64,000 nt of DNA from a virus (lineage: Duplodnaviria > Heunggongvirae > Uroviricota > Caudoviricetes), in IMG/VR virus record IMGVR_UViG_3300045988_149737; one strand, 5' to 3'. Positions within the stretch are counted from its first letter, which is position 1; the number at the start of each line of letters is the position of its first letter. Positions 9,866 to 18,075 of this stretch are shown in pieces. Position numbers and translations under genes: made by a program. The notes under the pieces are model-generated. The model worked only from the letters and a program-made list of their open reading frames with translations, did no database searches and was not told the DNA's origin.

Positions 9866-10675
9866 ATGAGTTCGGTTGAAAATGTAATGACAAATGATGA
9901 TCTGGACGAGCTGACAGCCATGTTGCAATCACTTGATGAACCAGTAAAAAAAGCTGCACAGGTTGAAAATACTGATGATATTGACGATCTGCTGCTCGGC
10001 CTAGATGCTGGCGTAGCCATGAGTTCTGATGATGTTGCCGAAGAACTGTTCAATGAAGAAAAAGCAGGTGATTTCAGCTCTGCTTTAAATGAGTTGGAGT
10101 TAGCGCATGAGCCTATAAACGTAATTAACGCTGAAAGTGTTGAAGCTGCCGAAAACGAGCCAGAACAATTGGGATTTATTGAGGTTGAAGAGTGTGTTGA
10201 GGTTAATGATGAATTAAAAGTTCAACAGTCAAATGATAGCAATACAAATAAAAAAGCTCGTACTGCAAGAGGTCCTCGTTTTACTTTAAGTGATAAAGAT
10301 GATTCGTTTTTCAATAAAGCGGGCTTAGAAAAAGATATTTTCTTAGACGCTTACGATAACGCGCCTGTCAAAGCAAAGGATAAGATATTAAACCTTCTTA
10401 ATTGGTTTAGCGGAGGTCCAGATATTAGTGTTTACACGGTAATTTCCATGAGACACCTTCTCACAGAAAAGAAGGCTACAAGTAATAGTATTAAGATTGC
10501 TTTAATGAGCAATCCAGAAAAACCGTATCCGCTTAACACTGCGTCAACTCAGGCTGGGCAAATGATGGCTGTATTTCCAGCGACAAGAATTGCTGTTAGA
10601 GACGGTGGAAATCTAACATTGAACGAAGAATCACCGATCGTTAAGAAGTTTGTCGCGGAGTACACTATTGGATGA
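9866..10675 (+). CDS. hypothetical protein with highly acidic N-terminal half
   Basis: 269 aa; first ~120 residues dominated by D/E; RBS aaggag. Confidence 0.5.
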   Translation: MSSVENVMTNDDLDELTAMLQSLDEPVKKAAQVENTDDIDDLLLGLDAGVAMSSDDVAEELFNEEKAGDFSSALNELELAHEPINVINAESVEAAENEPEQLGFIEVEECVEVNDELKVQQSNDSNTNKKARTARGPRFTLSDKDDSFFNKAGLEKDIFLDAYDNAPVKAKDKILNLLNWFSGGPDISVYTVISMRHLLTEKKATSNSIKIALMSNPEKPYPLNTASTQAGQMMAVFPATRIAVRDGGNLTLNEESPIVKKFVAEYTIG

Positions 10676-10751
10676 CGTTCCCCTACTGAAAATAAAGCCC
10701 ATAGAGAGCTTTATATTGCTGGGTAAGCCAATCACATACCCAGCACCACAA

Positions 10752-10797
10752 AAACGCGCCAGAGAGCTTCTCGTTTGCATTTCTGGCGCGTTTTATT
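10752..10797 (+). terminator. terminator-like hairpin
   Basis: aaacgcgccaga ... tctggcgcgttt 12-bp stem with ~18-nt loop, then tatttg. Confidence 0.45.
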
Positions 10798-10827
10798 TGA
10801 TTGCCAGACATAAAATCAAATGCAAAA

Positions 10828-10847
10828 ATAGGTAATCACTTACCTAT
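10828..10847. promoter_or_regulatory. palindrome ATAGGTAA-tcac-TTACCTAT (family 2 site)
   Basis: Perfect 8-bp arms, 11 nt upstream of the methyltransferase start; same family recurs at least 10 times in the window. Confidence 0.45.
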
Positions 10848-10858
10848 CGAGAAAGAAG

Positions 10859-11452
10859 ATGATTGCAGCCGAAAAAATCAAACAGCGAAAGCGCGACAAC
10901 TCTCTTCGTGACCTCTGGAGAACACCTGACTGGCTGTTTTCTGCCATTCAACGTTATCTTGGGGTGACATTTGATGTTGACGTTGCCTGCAACAAGGACA
11001 ATGCAAAGCTGCCTAATTTCATAGGCGTTGAGCGTGATGCTTTGAAATCTGAATGGGGACAGCCAGGTACAATTGCCTTCCTCAATCCCCCCTACTCCAA
11101 AATCTCCCCCTGGATTGATGCGGCTATACGTGAGCAGGCTCGCGGAGTTACAACAGTGATGCTAATTCCTCAATCCCTAGATACAAAGTGGTATGAGCGT
11201 GCAACAGAGTGTGCGAATGAGACGATTATTCTGTCTGGTGGCCGCGTAGCGTTTGTCGAGCCTGACGTCAATCTGGGTCAGGTAGAAGTAAACATCAACC
11301 CAGGTGGCAGTATGCTCGTTGTTTTTCGAGGATTCTGTCAGGACGCTGGGCACTCTATAAGCAAGATCCCTTTGGACGTCATGAAAAGTCTGGGAGGGTA
11401 TGATCCTGCGAATGTGATCAGGAAAAAAAGACCATCAAAGAAGGCTGCTTAG
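10859..11452 (+). CDS. DNA N6-adenine methyltransferase (phage Dam-type)
   Basis: TPDWLF near N-terminus and FLNPPYSK catalytic motif. Confidence 0.85.
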   Translation: MIAAEKIKQRKRDNSLRDLWRTPDWLFSAIQRYLGVTFDVDVACNKDNAKLPNFIGVERDALKSEWGQPGTIAFLNPPYSKISPWIDAAIREQARGVTTVMLIPQSLDTKWYERATECANETIILSGGRVAFVEPDVNLGQVEVNINPGGSMLVVFRGFCQDAGHSISKIPLDVMKSLGGYDPANVIRKKRPSKKAA

Positions 11453-11473
11453 TTTGTTCTGGCGTCTGTAATT

Positions 11474-11532
11474 AGCCTGCTTCTGTATATATAAATAACT
11501 ACATATTAATTATTAATATACGGAAGCAGGCT
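11474..11532. repeat. long inverted-repeat hairpin element, copy A
   Basis: agcctgcttctgtatata ... tatacggaagcaggct arms around an AT-rich loop; a second near-identical copy at 41167-41225. Confidence 0.6.
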
Positions 11533-11637
11533 GTTTTGTATCAGAGACTCCAGACCTGAACATCACTACAGAATCCACTAGAACCCCTTCCCAGACGCTT
11601 TAAAATCGATTTTATGAATCACTTTAAGGAAACTAAC

Positions 11638-11868
11638 ATGTCATACCCGACTAATGTCGTTGCGCTCGTAGAGAGCGATTTTCTGGCCCAGGCCCGTGAA
11701 ATGATGAAAGATCGCGAGCAGGCTTTCAACTTGTACGAATGGGCAATTAAGTGCTTGCATCTTGGGGAGCATCGCGAACTTGTTGAACAGCTTTTAGGTG
11801 AGTTGATTAACGAGGTGTTTGCCTTGAATGTTCAACTACATGGTCGAGAAAATAATCAATCGAAATGA
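11638..11868 (+). CDS. hypothetical small protein
   Basis: 76 aa from ATG at 11638 (RBS taaggaaa); ORF track begins 8 codons earlier without an RBS. Confidence 0.4.
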   Translation: MSYPTNVVALVESDFLAQAREMMKDREQAFNLYEWAIKCLHLGEHRELVEQLLGELINEVFALNVQLHGRENNQSK

Positions 11869-12388
11869 TAGATAAGTACAAACTATTCATAAAGTGAATT
11901 GTAAGTGCTAAGATCTGATAGTTTCCAGTCGTAGACTGGAGACTCGACCTGATGGGTGGGGGATAGCGTCACTGGCGTCAGGTTTAAAAAAGCTCACTAC
12001 CAGCGTAGAACCGGCACCGTTTAGGGGTTGGGGAAGGGGGAACCAAAGTGGGCAGAGAGAAGGGTCACTTTATGATTGTCGAGTCTGGAGTGTTTAGAGA
12101 GGTTGAATCCAGTGCTCCCCTTCATAAAGTGTGGGAAGATCTCGGTTCTGGGGTGCTGTCATCCATAACTTCCCAAGTCTAAGCTGGCAGTAGACTTAGG
12201 CCATAACTTTTCAGGTTATGAAACGACCAGGTTGGTGAGGGATTTTTATACTCACCTCCCTGGGAGAGTATTACCTGAAAAGACAACCTCTCACTTCGTT
12301 CGAGGTGAACTTCACTCACTTCGTTCGTTCAGTTCAGGTTTATAAAAACCTGTTCTGGGAAGTAATTTGTTTATTTTAATAATTATTA

Positions 12389-12413
12389 ACACGCACGCGT
12401 GTGCGCACGCGCG
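12389..12413. repeat. 25-nt perfect alternating purine/pyrimidine tract
   Basis: acacgcacgcgtgtgcgcacgcgcg alternates R/Y without interruption; contains palindromes cacgcgtg and gtgcgcac. Confidence 0.7.
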
Positions 12414-12453
12414 AGGAAAAAAAATCGGCGCGGCGCTTGATTCAGGAGTTTAT

Positions 12454-13047
12454 ATGACGACGAAGACACCAGCCCGATCGCAAGCAAAAACTCGCAAAAA
12501 AGCCAAAAACAAAAATTCTCCCCGCACCAATTACACAACGCCTGTCGTAGAGTTCAATCCCCAGCTTAAAACCGTGAAAATCTTCAGTGATGGATCTTGC
12601 CTTAAAAATCCGGGTGGCCCGGGCGGTTACGGTATCGTTCTTCAGTATCGTGGAGAGGAACGCGAGTTCTCAGATGGTTTTCATAGCACCACCAATAACC
12701 GCATGGAGATGATGGGGGCACTTATCGGGCTGGAGCGTTTGAAATATCCATGCAACGTTATTTTACACTCTGATAGCCAGTATCTGAAAAACGGCATGAC
12801 ACTGTGGATGAAATGGTGGAAACGCAATGGATGGATGACTTCTGACAAAAAACCGGTAAAGAATGTTGATCTGTGGAAGCGTCTGGATGAGGCTGCAAGT
12901 CGACATAATGTTCGCTGGAAGTGGGTTAAAGGTCACGCCGGGCATCGTGAAAATGAAATATGTGATCGACTCGCGAAGATCGCAGCTTTTTCCGCAGCAG
13001 ATATGCCTCACAAGAAAGATATTGGTTTTGTTTACAACAAACGGTAG
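12454..13047 (+). CDS. rnhA: ribonuclease HI with basic N-terminal extension
   Basis: [51 protein letters not shown] collinear with E. coli RnhA; ATG at 12454 with RBS caggag (ORF track start 12367 lacks RBS). Confidence 0.9.
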   Translation: MTTKTPARSQAKTRKKAKNKNSPRTNYTTPVVEFNPQLKTVKIFSDGSCLKNPGGPGGYGIVLQYRGEEREFSDGFHSTTNNRMEMMGALIGLERLKYPCNVILHSDSQYLKNGMTLWMKWWKRNGWMTSDKKPVKNVDLWKRLDEAASRHNVRWKWVKGHAGHRENEICDRLAKIAAFSAADMPHKKDIGFVYNKR

Positions 13048-13062
13048 GTAAGTGTTTACCTA
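13045..13062. promoter_or_regulatory. palindrome TAGGTAA-gtgt-TTACCTA (family 2 site)
   Basis: Overlaps the rnhA stop codon. Confidence 0.4.
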
Positions 13063-13192
13063 TCATTTTAAATCATGTATCTTATCGGCGTCAGGATGAC
13101 AATGTGTCGGTAAGACACAGTTCCAGGATGGAACGAGAAAGGCGGCTGGCGATTGCCAGCCGCAACTCTTTCTGACACTGGATGGAGTCCAC

Positions 13193-13687
13193 ATGGCACG
13201 TCAAACCTATTTCACTTCTGCAACTAAACGTCCTCGTTCACTACGTCAAATTTTGGCCGAATTATTTAGTGGTCGTGTTCTGTCACGTCTTGATGAACTG
13301 GAGACTACCGTTCGGTTGCTGAATGAACGTTTAGATAAGCAAGCGTCAGTTGTTGCGAACGTGGGGGCGATTGTTACCTCTGGTTCTTCACACCAAGCGA
13401 AAAATGCACGGCCTTTAGTGAAGGAGAAAAACAACAAGGACAGTTCGAATGGAAAATTTTCAAAGAAAGAGGCTGAAACCAATGGCCTACGTTCTCATTA
13501 TAGTTTCACTGGCGACGGTAGCCGTTCCAGCCGGCCAGAGCCTTTTGATGCCGGGTTCACCCATCACCACACCTCCGTCGACGACAATTACCACCACTCC
13601 AGTAGAGCGACCTGTCACTCTGGATGGGATGACGGTGGATGCGATACCTCAAGTTCATCCAGTTACTCAGGATCATGCTGTGACTAA
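13193..13687 (+). CDS. hypothetical protein (C-terminal half low-complexity; boundary uncertain)
   Basis: 164-aa ORF; S/H/C-rich tail overlaps an alternative frame (13482-13700) that encodes a hydrophobic helix. Confidence 0.3.
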   Translation: MARQTYFTSATKRPRSLRQILAELFSGRVLSRLDELETTVRLLNERLDKQASVVANVGAIVTSGSSHQAKNARPLVKEKNNKDSSNGKFSKKEAETNGLRSHYSFTGDGSRSSRPEPFDAGFTHHHTSVDDNYHHSSRATCHSGWDDGGCDTSSSSSYSGSCCD

Positions 13688-13696
13688 GGCGGTTGT

Positions 13697-13885
13697 ATGA
13701 ACTGGTTTTCAAATAACTTTGGAAAAATTTGGCTGGCAATTCTGGCCCTCATGGCCGCCGGTTGGGTATCGAACATTGTAAAACTCGTTTGCTCTGGTGA
13801 TCTCCAGTTTCAGGCTGGTATGACCTTGGCTCGTGTTGTTGGGATTTTTGTTTTTCCGGTCGGTTCGGTACTTGGTTATTTCTGA
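13697..13885 (+). CDS. small membrane protein (two predicted TM helices)
   Basis: 62 aa, hydrophobic stretches WLAILALMAAGWV and VVGIFVFPVGSVLGYF. Confidence 0.4.
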   Translation: MNWFSNNFGKIWLAILALMAAGWVSNIVKLVCSGDLQFQAGMTLARVVGIFVFPVGSVLGYF

Positions 13886-13940
13886 CGGTTGTTAGTGCAT
13901 ATGCATTGACCGTCTTTTCGTAAGCAATTCATGTAACTAG

Positions 13941-13955
13941 AAAACAACTTGTTTT
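13941..13955. promoter_or_regulatory. operator-like palindrome AAAACAA-c-TTGTTTT (family 1 site)
   Basis: Perfect inverted repeat 24 nt upstream of the TerB-like gene start; same motif precedes about 12 genes. Confidence 0.5.
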
Positions 13956-13978
13956 AACAAATAACAAAAGGAAAGCAC

Positions 13979-14404
13979 ATGTTAGGTTTATTCAAAAAGA
14001 AAACTCGTAAAGCTGTTATCGAGGTCAAAAAAATGGAGAACCGAGATGCGGTTGAAGCCACCGTGTGGGGCGCGTACATGATCTCCTATGCCGATGGCAC
14101 ATGCGACGCAAAGGAAATTTCCATTCTTGAGAAAACAATTGCAGCTCTGCCTGCGTTTTCTCCGTTTGCTGGTGAGATTGCCCAAATGAGCGCCAATATC
14201 CGTGCTCAATACGAAGCCTCACCGCGCCGCGCTAATGCCCAGGCTTTACGTGAGCTGGCTGATGTGGCCGGGACTAATGATGCAGTAGATGTACTGTGTC
14301 TGTGCCTTGATATTGCCGACCAAGACGGTATTGGCGAACAAGAAGAGCTGGCCCTGAAAAAGATCGCACAGGCGCTTCAGTTGTCACTGGATGCTTATCT
14401 CTAA
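13979..14404 (+). CDS. TerB-like domain protein
   Basis: 141 aa; paired Asp-rich helices (ADGTCDAKEISILEK and DIADQDGIGEQEELALKKIA) resemble the TerB fold. Confidence 0.55.
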   Translation: MLGLFKKKTRKAVIEVKKMENRDAVEATVWGAYMISYADGTCDAKEISILEKTIAALPAFSPFAGEIAQMSANIRAQYEASPRRANAQALRELADVAGTNDAVDVLCLCLDIADQDGIGEQEELALKKIAQALQLSLDAYL

Positions 14405-14562
14405 TGCTTGAGAGATTCCGGCTTGTGACCGTCATTGCTCTTCTGGTGATGGCGGTGTTGGTGGATTTTACGGGAAAGATGATGTCTGTCATTTCTGATG
14501 GCGTCCTCATTGGTCTGGCGATCTACTTCGCTTATCCGCTAGTCCGTAAAGCAACGTGTTAA
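14404..14562 (+). CDS. small hydrophobic protein (52 aa, two predicted TM segments)
   Basis: ATG overlaps TerB-like stop (taATG); translated by hand as MLERFRLVTVIALLVMAVLVDF...LIGLAIYFAYPLVRKATC; below the ORF-track length cut-off. Confidence 0.4.
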   Translation: MLERFRLVTVIALLVMAVLVDFTGKMMSVISDGVLIGLAIYFAYPLVRKATC

Positions 14563-14565
14563 TGA

Positions 14566-14592
14566 CAAGGGCCAAATGGCCCTTGTGTTTCG
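14566..14592 (+). terminator. rho-independent terminator
   Basis: caagggcc-aaat-ggcccttg followed by tgtttcgtt. Confidence 0.5.
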
Positions 14593-14701
14593 TTGACCGA
14601 AATAGAGAGTTTGCACCTTTACGTTTAGCTTGCTCCCCTTTTATGCCACATCACAATAAAGCCAATAAGAAAACAACTTGTTTAAGCATTAGGAAAAACA
14701 C

Positions 14702-15271
14702 ATGTGCAAGAAATGCAAAGCGATAGCTGATGAACAAAACGCCTTATTCGAAGAAATGGATGCTAATGAACTGGTCAAAATGTTAGCCATTCTTCGAGGA
14801 ATAGAAGACGTTTCCATATTTGAGAGAGTGGTTACAGCACTTAATTTTGAGTCCACCTTTGAAGAGCCAACTCAGGTTGTAGCTTTAGCACATCATTTCG
14901 GTGTTCATTATCTTGCTGAAAAAGAGCGCGCTGATAAGTTGCAGGCGACTTTGGATATGGTGAGCGAGACTCAACGAACTGATGACACTAACAAGAGTGA
15001 GGCGATTATTGCCAGCAAAGATCGTGAAATTGCTGGGCTTAAATCCTCTCTAACGATGTTGATGTCTGCGTTCAATCTTATGTCTTCTCAGGCGGGTTAT
15101 AAAATGCCATCACTAAACAGCGATGATCCGATGGCCGTTCGTCAGCTTTTGGGAGCAATGGCCGACCAACTCGACGACACAAAGAGTCGGCTTGAAGACA
15201 TGATGCGTGAGTTAAGCCATCGACATAACCTCGCAACACAGCCACACAAAGCCTTTCAAAGCTCTAATTGA
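14702..15271 (+). CDS. hypothetical protein
   Basis: 189 aa; preceded by family-1 operator and RBS aggaaaaa. Confidence 0.5.
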   Translation: MCKKCKAIADEQNALFEEMDANELVKMLAILRGIEDVSIFERVVTALNFESTFEEPTQVVALAHHFGVHYLAEKERADKLQATLDMVSETQRTDDTNKSEAIIASKDREIAGLKSSLTMLMSAFNLMSSQAGYKMPSLNSDDPMAVRQLLGAMADQLDDTKSRLEDMMRELSHRHNLATQPHKAFQSSN

Positions 15272-15326
15272 TCTGATATGGCCGCATGATCGGCCATATT
15301 GTGTTGATAAAAAACAAGGATGAAAA

Positions 15327-15608
15327 ATGGCATACGGTACAGGGATTTACAACAATAAAGGAATTAACGTTACTGGCTTCCTTACTCCTATTTTTTTTCT
15401 TGATCGATTTACTGCGTCATCAGGCTCTAAGACGTACTCCAATCCGCCACCGGGTAAATCGCTACATGCCGTGTGGTCATTGATGCCTCTTAACAACGAC
15501 AACTACATTAATTTACCTGTTCCAACAGTTACTATTAATGGAAATACGGTTAGTTGGTCAAATTTATATACGGGGCTTGGTTCTTACATATACACATACT
15601 GGGGATAA
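15327..15608 (+). CDS. hypothetical protein
   Basis: 93 aa; RBS aaggatgaaaa. Confidence 0.4.
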   Translation: MAYGTGIYNNKGINVTGFLTPIFFLDRFTASSGSKTYSNPPPGKSLHAVWSLMPLNNDNYINLPVPTVTINGNTVSWSNLYTGLGSYIYTYWG

Positions 15609-15610
15609 TT

Positions 15611-16225
15611 ATGTTCGGGATGTCAATTACTCAATCAGATGGAAGTTTGTGGATGAGTCCAGAATTTACTCCGCAAAATCTGATTAATAAAGGGACAATG
15701 TCTACATCTAAAGGTTCTGTTTTTCAAACATCAATCCCATCAAACAAATCATGCTTTTTCTTCATAAAAAGCAGTAATAAGGCGAACATGATGTTTATTC
15801 ATGAGCATAGTAACGGATACAATGCTCTCAGATTGCATCAGGTAAATGGTAGCCCCGGAACAATAACAGTTTATGCTTTTTCTGATATGGTGTTACCACA
15901 TTCTGGCTATGGCATTGCCATGTATAACAGCGCAGGCGCAATGGTGTATCACGGTGAGATGATGCCCCTTGATGCGAAACTTATCACTATTTCTGACCCT
16001 CAATTTACAATAGATATGGGGTATCCATGTGCGGTAATGCCTGCTATGGTTGGGGTATATAACTATAGACGAACCGATTACGACAGACCTGTCTATGTAA
16101 CAATGACAGGTGCAACTGGAAACCAAGTATATAACGGTCAATGGTATTCCGGTAATGTCACATGGGATATTAAGAAGATTTATACAAACAAAATTCTGGT
16201 GATAAATACCTCCAAGTATGATTAG
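15611..16225 (+). CDS. hypothetical protein
   Basis: 204 aa from ATG at 15611, 2 nt after the upstream stop; ORF track start at 15554 overlaps the upstream gene. Confidence 0.45.
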   Translation: MFGMSITQSDGSLWMSPEFTPQNLINKGTMSTSKGSVFQTSIPSNKSCFFFIKSSNKANMMFIHEHSNGYNALRLHQVNGSPGTITVYAFSDMVLPHSGYGIAMYNSAGAMVYHGEMMPLDAKLITISDPQFTIDMGYPCAVMPAMVGVYNYRRTDYDRPVYVTMTGATGNQVYNGQWYSGNVTWDIKKIYTNKILVINTSKYD

Positions 16226-16286
16226 CCAATGCCTTTATTTGAAGGATTGCCTGTTTATTTCTATTTAGTACCTTTTCATTTTTGAA

Positions 16287-16330
16287 ATAATTGCACCATT
16301 AAACAAATCACTTCTTAATGGTGCAATTAT
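16287..16330. promoter_or_regulatory. 16-bp-arm inverted repeat embedding the start codon of the downstream methyltransferase
   Basis: ataattgcaccattaa-(12 nt)-ttaatggtgcaattAT; right arm ends in the ATG at 16329. Confidence 0.5.
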
Positions 16331-18014
16331 GAATACAGCCCTTTCCATCATCGACGATGCCAACTCAAACACTGCTATCGACTATCGGCAGGAAATGAAC
16401 GTCATCCACGAAATTGTGGCCGAGTGCGAGAAAGAGATCGCCTTCATGTATCAGGTACACGACTTCGTTTATGGCGACGAACGCCACAACATGATTAATC
16501 GCCTGCTGAGACTAAACCATCGACCAGATGAAGATCGCTCGCGTTTAAATCGAGGTTGGTTGGATAAAGTCGATCTGGAATGGGTGAAACAGAATATTTG
16601 GGCCGAGTACTGGAGGAAGGTCACGGACATGACTAACGTTTTGCTGATCATGCCAGCTTCCCGTCGAGATGAGTGGCGCGAGCAGTTTATAGAGGGCAAA
16701 CAGGAAGTCATCAAAACTGACAGAACCGGCTACCAGATGAAGGTTAAAGAGTTCGTTGGTGTACCGGAGTTCAAAGCAGAAACGGTCATACCCACGATGC
16801 TTAATTTGCTGAATGACAGGCACAAATATCTCTCTGAGCGCGTGTATGGCTTGTTTAAGGCGCTGAGTCCTGCGCACAAGACAAATAAGACAAACGGTTT
16901 CAGCGAACGTCTGATAATCGCTGACTGCATTTCTGATTTCTGGCGGGACAGCGTTAGTGTGAACTATCGCAAAGAGGACTATATCGACGATCTGCGTGTC
17001 TTGCTTCATTTCTTCGCGCACAAAGAATTTATTACCATCAACCGCACTGCTGAGGTGCTATCAGCTGCGTATCGGGCAAACGACTGCCAGACCGGTGACT
17101 GGATGAACGTCGATGGAAATCTGATGCGCGTGAAGATGTTCAAGAACGGCAACGTTCACTTTGAAATACATCCTGACGTGGCCTGGAAGTTGAATGAGGT
17201 GCTGGCTTACAGTATGCCTGCTGCAATCCCCGCGCCATGTCGCACCGCGCCAAAAACACGGGCACCAAAGCAGTTCGGGTTAATCCAGAAGACGATCTCC
17301 GTGCCGGTTCGCACTGCGCTTCGTGACGGGCGATTGAGCAAAGACAAAGGCGTATGGTACTTCTCTGATTCAGCTCTCCAGAAGTCGCAGGTGGAAGAGC
17401 TTGAGCGCACACTGAGCTTCATTGGCGGCGTGCAGGAGAAAAAGCACTGGCAGTTCCCGTATGACATCGTCCATACGCTAAATACGATTGTGGCTACCGG
17501 TTTAATACCGGATACAAAATCACACCAGTTCTACCCTACCCCACGCTTGATTGCTGAGTACGTTGCCAGAGCCACTGAATTGAAGCCTGGTGAGAAGCTG
17601 CTGGAGCCTCAAGCCGGACGTGGGGATCTTCTGGCCTATATTAACGCCGATCTGGAAGATGTTACCTGCATAGAAATCGCACCTCTCTTCGCTGATATCC
17701 TGCGTGGAAAAGGGTATACGAACACGATTTGCTGCGACTTCATAAAGTGGTCTGAGGACAACGTAGGTTATCAGTTCGACAAAATCGTTATGAACCCGCC
17801 GTATTCGCTTGGTCGTCATAGAGAGCACACGCTGGCTGCGCTGGGGCATCTGAAAGTCGGCGGGCGTCTTGTAGCAGTATTGCCGGGCACTGCGCCAATA
17901 CTGGACTGGATGACGATGGATAATTACGTTTATGCCAGAGGGAAGTCGTTTACCAACGAGTTTGAAGACACAGGGATCACAGTCAGCGTATACGTTTTCA
18001 AACGCGTTAAATGA
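16329..18014 (+). CDS. two-domain protein: unknown N-terminal domain + C-terminal amino-methyltransferase (N6A/N4C type)
   Basis: 561 aa; C-terminal YPTPRLIAEYV, LEPQAGRGDLL (SAM-binding motif I) and VMNPPYS (motif IV); N-terminal ~380 aa without recognised motif. Confidence 0.8.
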   Translation: MNTALSIIDDANSNTAIDYRQEMNVIHEIVAECEKEIAFMYQVHDFVYGDERHNMINRLLRLNHRPDEDRSRLNRGWLDKVDLEWVKQNIWAEYWRKVTDMTNVLLIMPASRRDEWREQFIEGKQEVIKTDRTGYQMKVKEFVGVPEFKAETVIPTMLNLLNDRHKYLSERVYGLFKALSPAHKTNKTNGFSERLIIADCISDFWRDSVSVNYRKEDYIDDLRVLLHFFAHKEFITINRTAEVLSAAYRANDCQTGDWMNVDGNLMRVKMFKNGNVHFEIHPDVAWKLNEVLAYSMPAAIPAPCRTAPKTRAPKQFGLIQKTISVPVRTALRDGRLSKDKGVWYFSDSALQKSQVEELERTLSFIGGVQEKKHWQFPYDIVHTLNTIVATGLIPDTKSHQFYPTPRLIAEYVARATELKPGEKLLEPQAGRGDLLAYINADLEDVTCIEIAPLFADILRGKGYTNTICCDFIKWSEDNVGYQFDKIVMNPPYSLGRHREHTLAALGHLKVGGRLVAVLPGTAPILDWMTMDNYVYARGKSFTNEFEDTGITVSVYVFKRVK

Positions 18015-18015
18015 T

Positions 18016-18032
18016 AGGTAAATACTTACCTA
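18016..18032. promoter_or_regulatory. palindrome TAGGTAA-tac-TTACCTA (family 2 site)
   Basis: 2 nt after the methyltransferase stop. Confidence 0.4.
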
Positions 18033-18075
18033 ATTTGTGTAAGAATGTAGTTACTAAACGATAAGAGAAAAACAC

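Noticed and set aside
9717-9959. 80-aa minus-strand ORF
   Set aside because: Starts inside the terminator hairpin and overlaps the start of the plus-strand gene; no RBS.
12080-12125. Possible tRNA (T-loop-like GGTTGAATCC)
   Set aside because: Flanking sequence does not form a T-stem or the rest of a cloverleaf; no tRNA called anywhere in the window.
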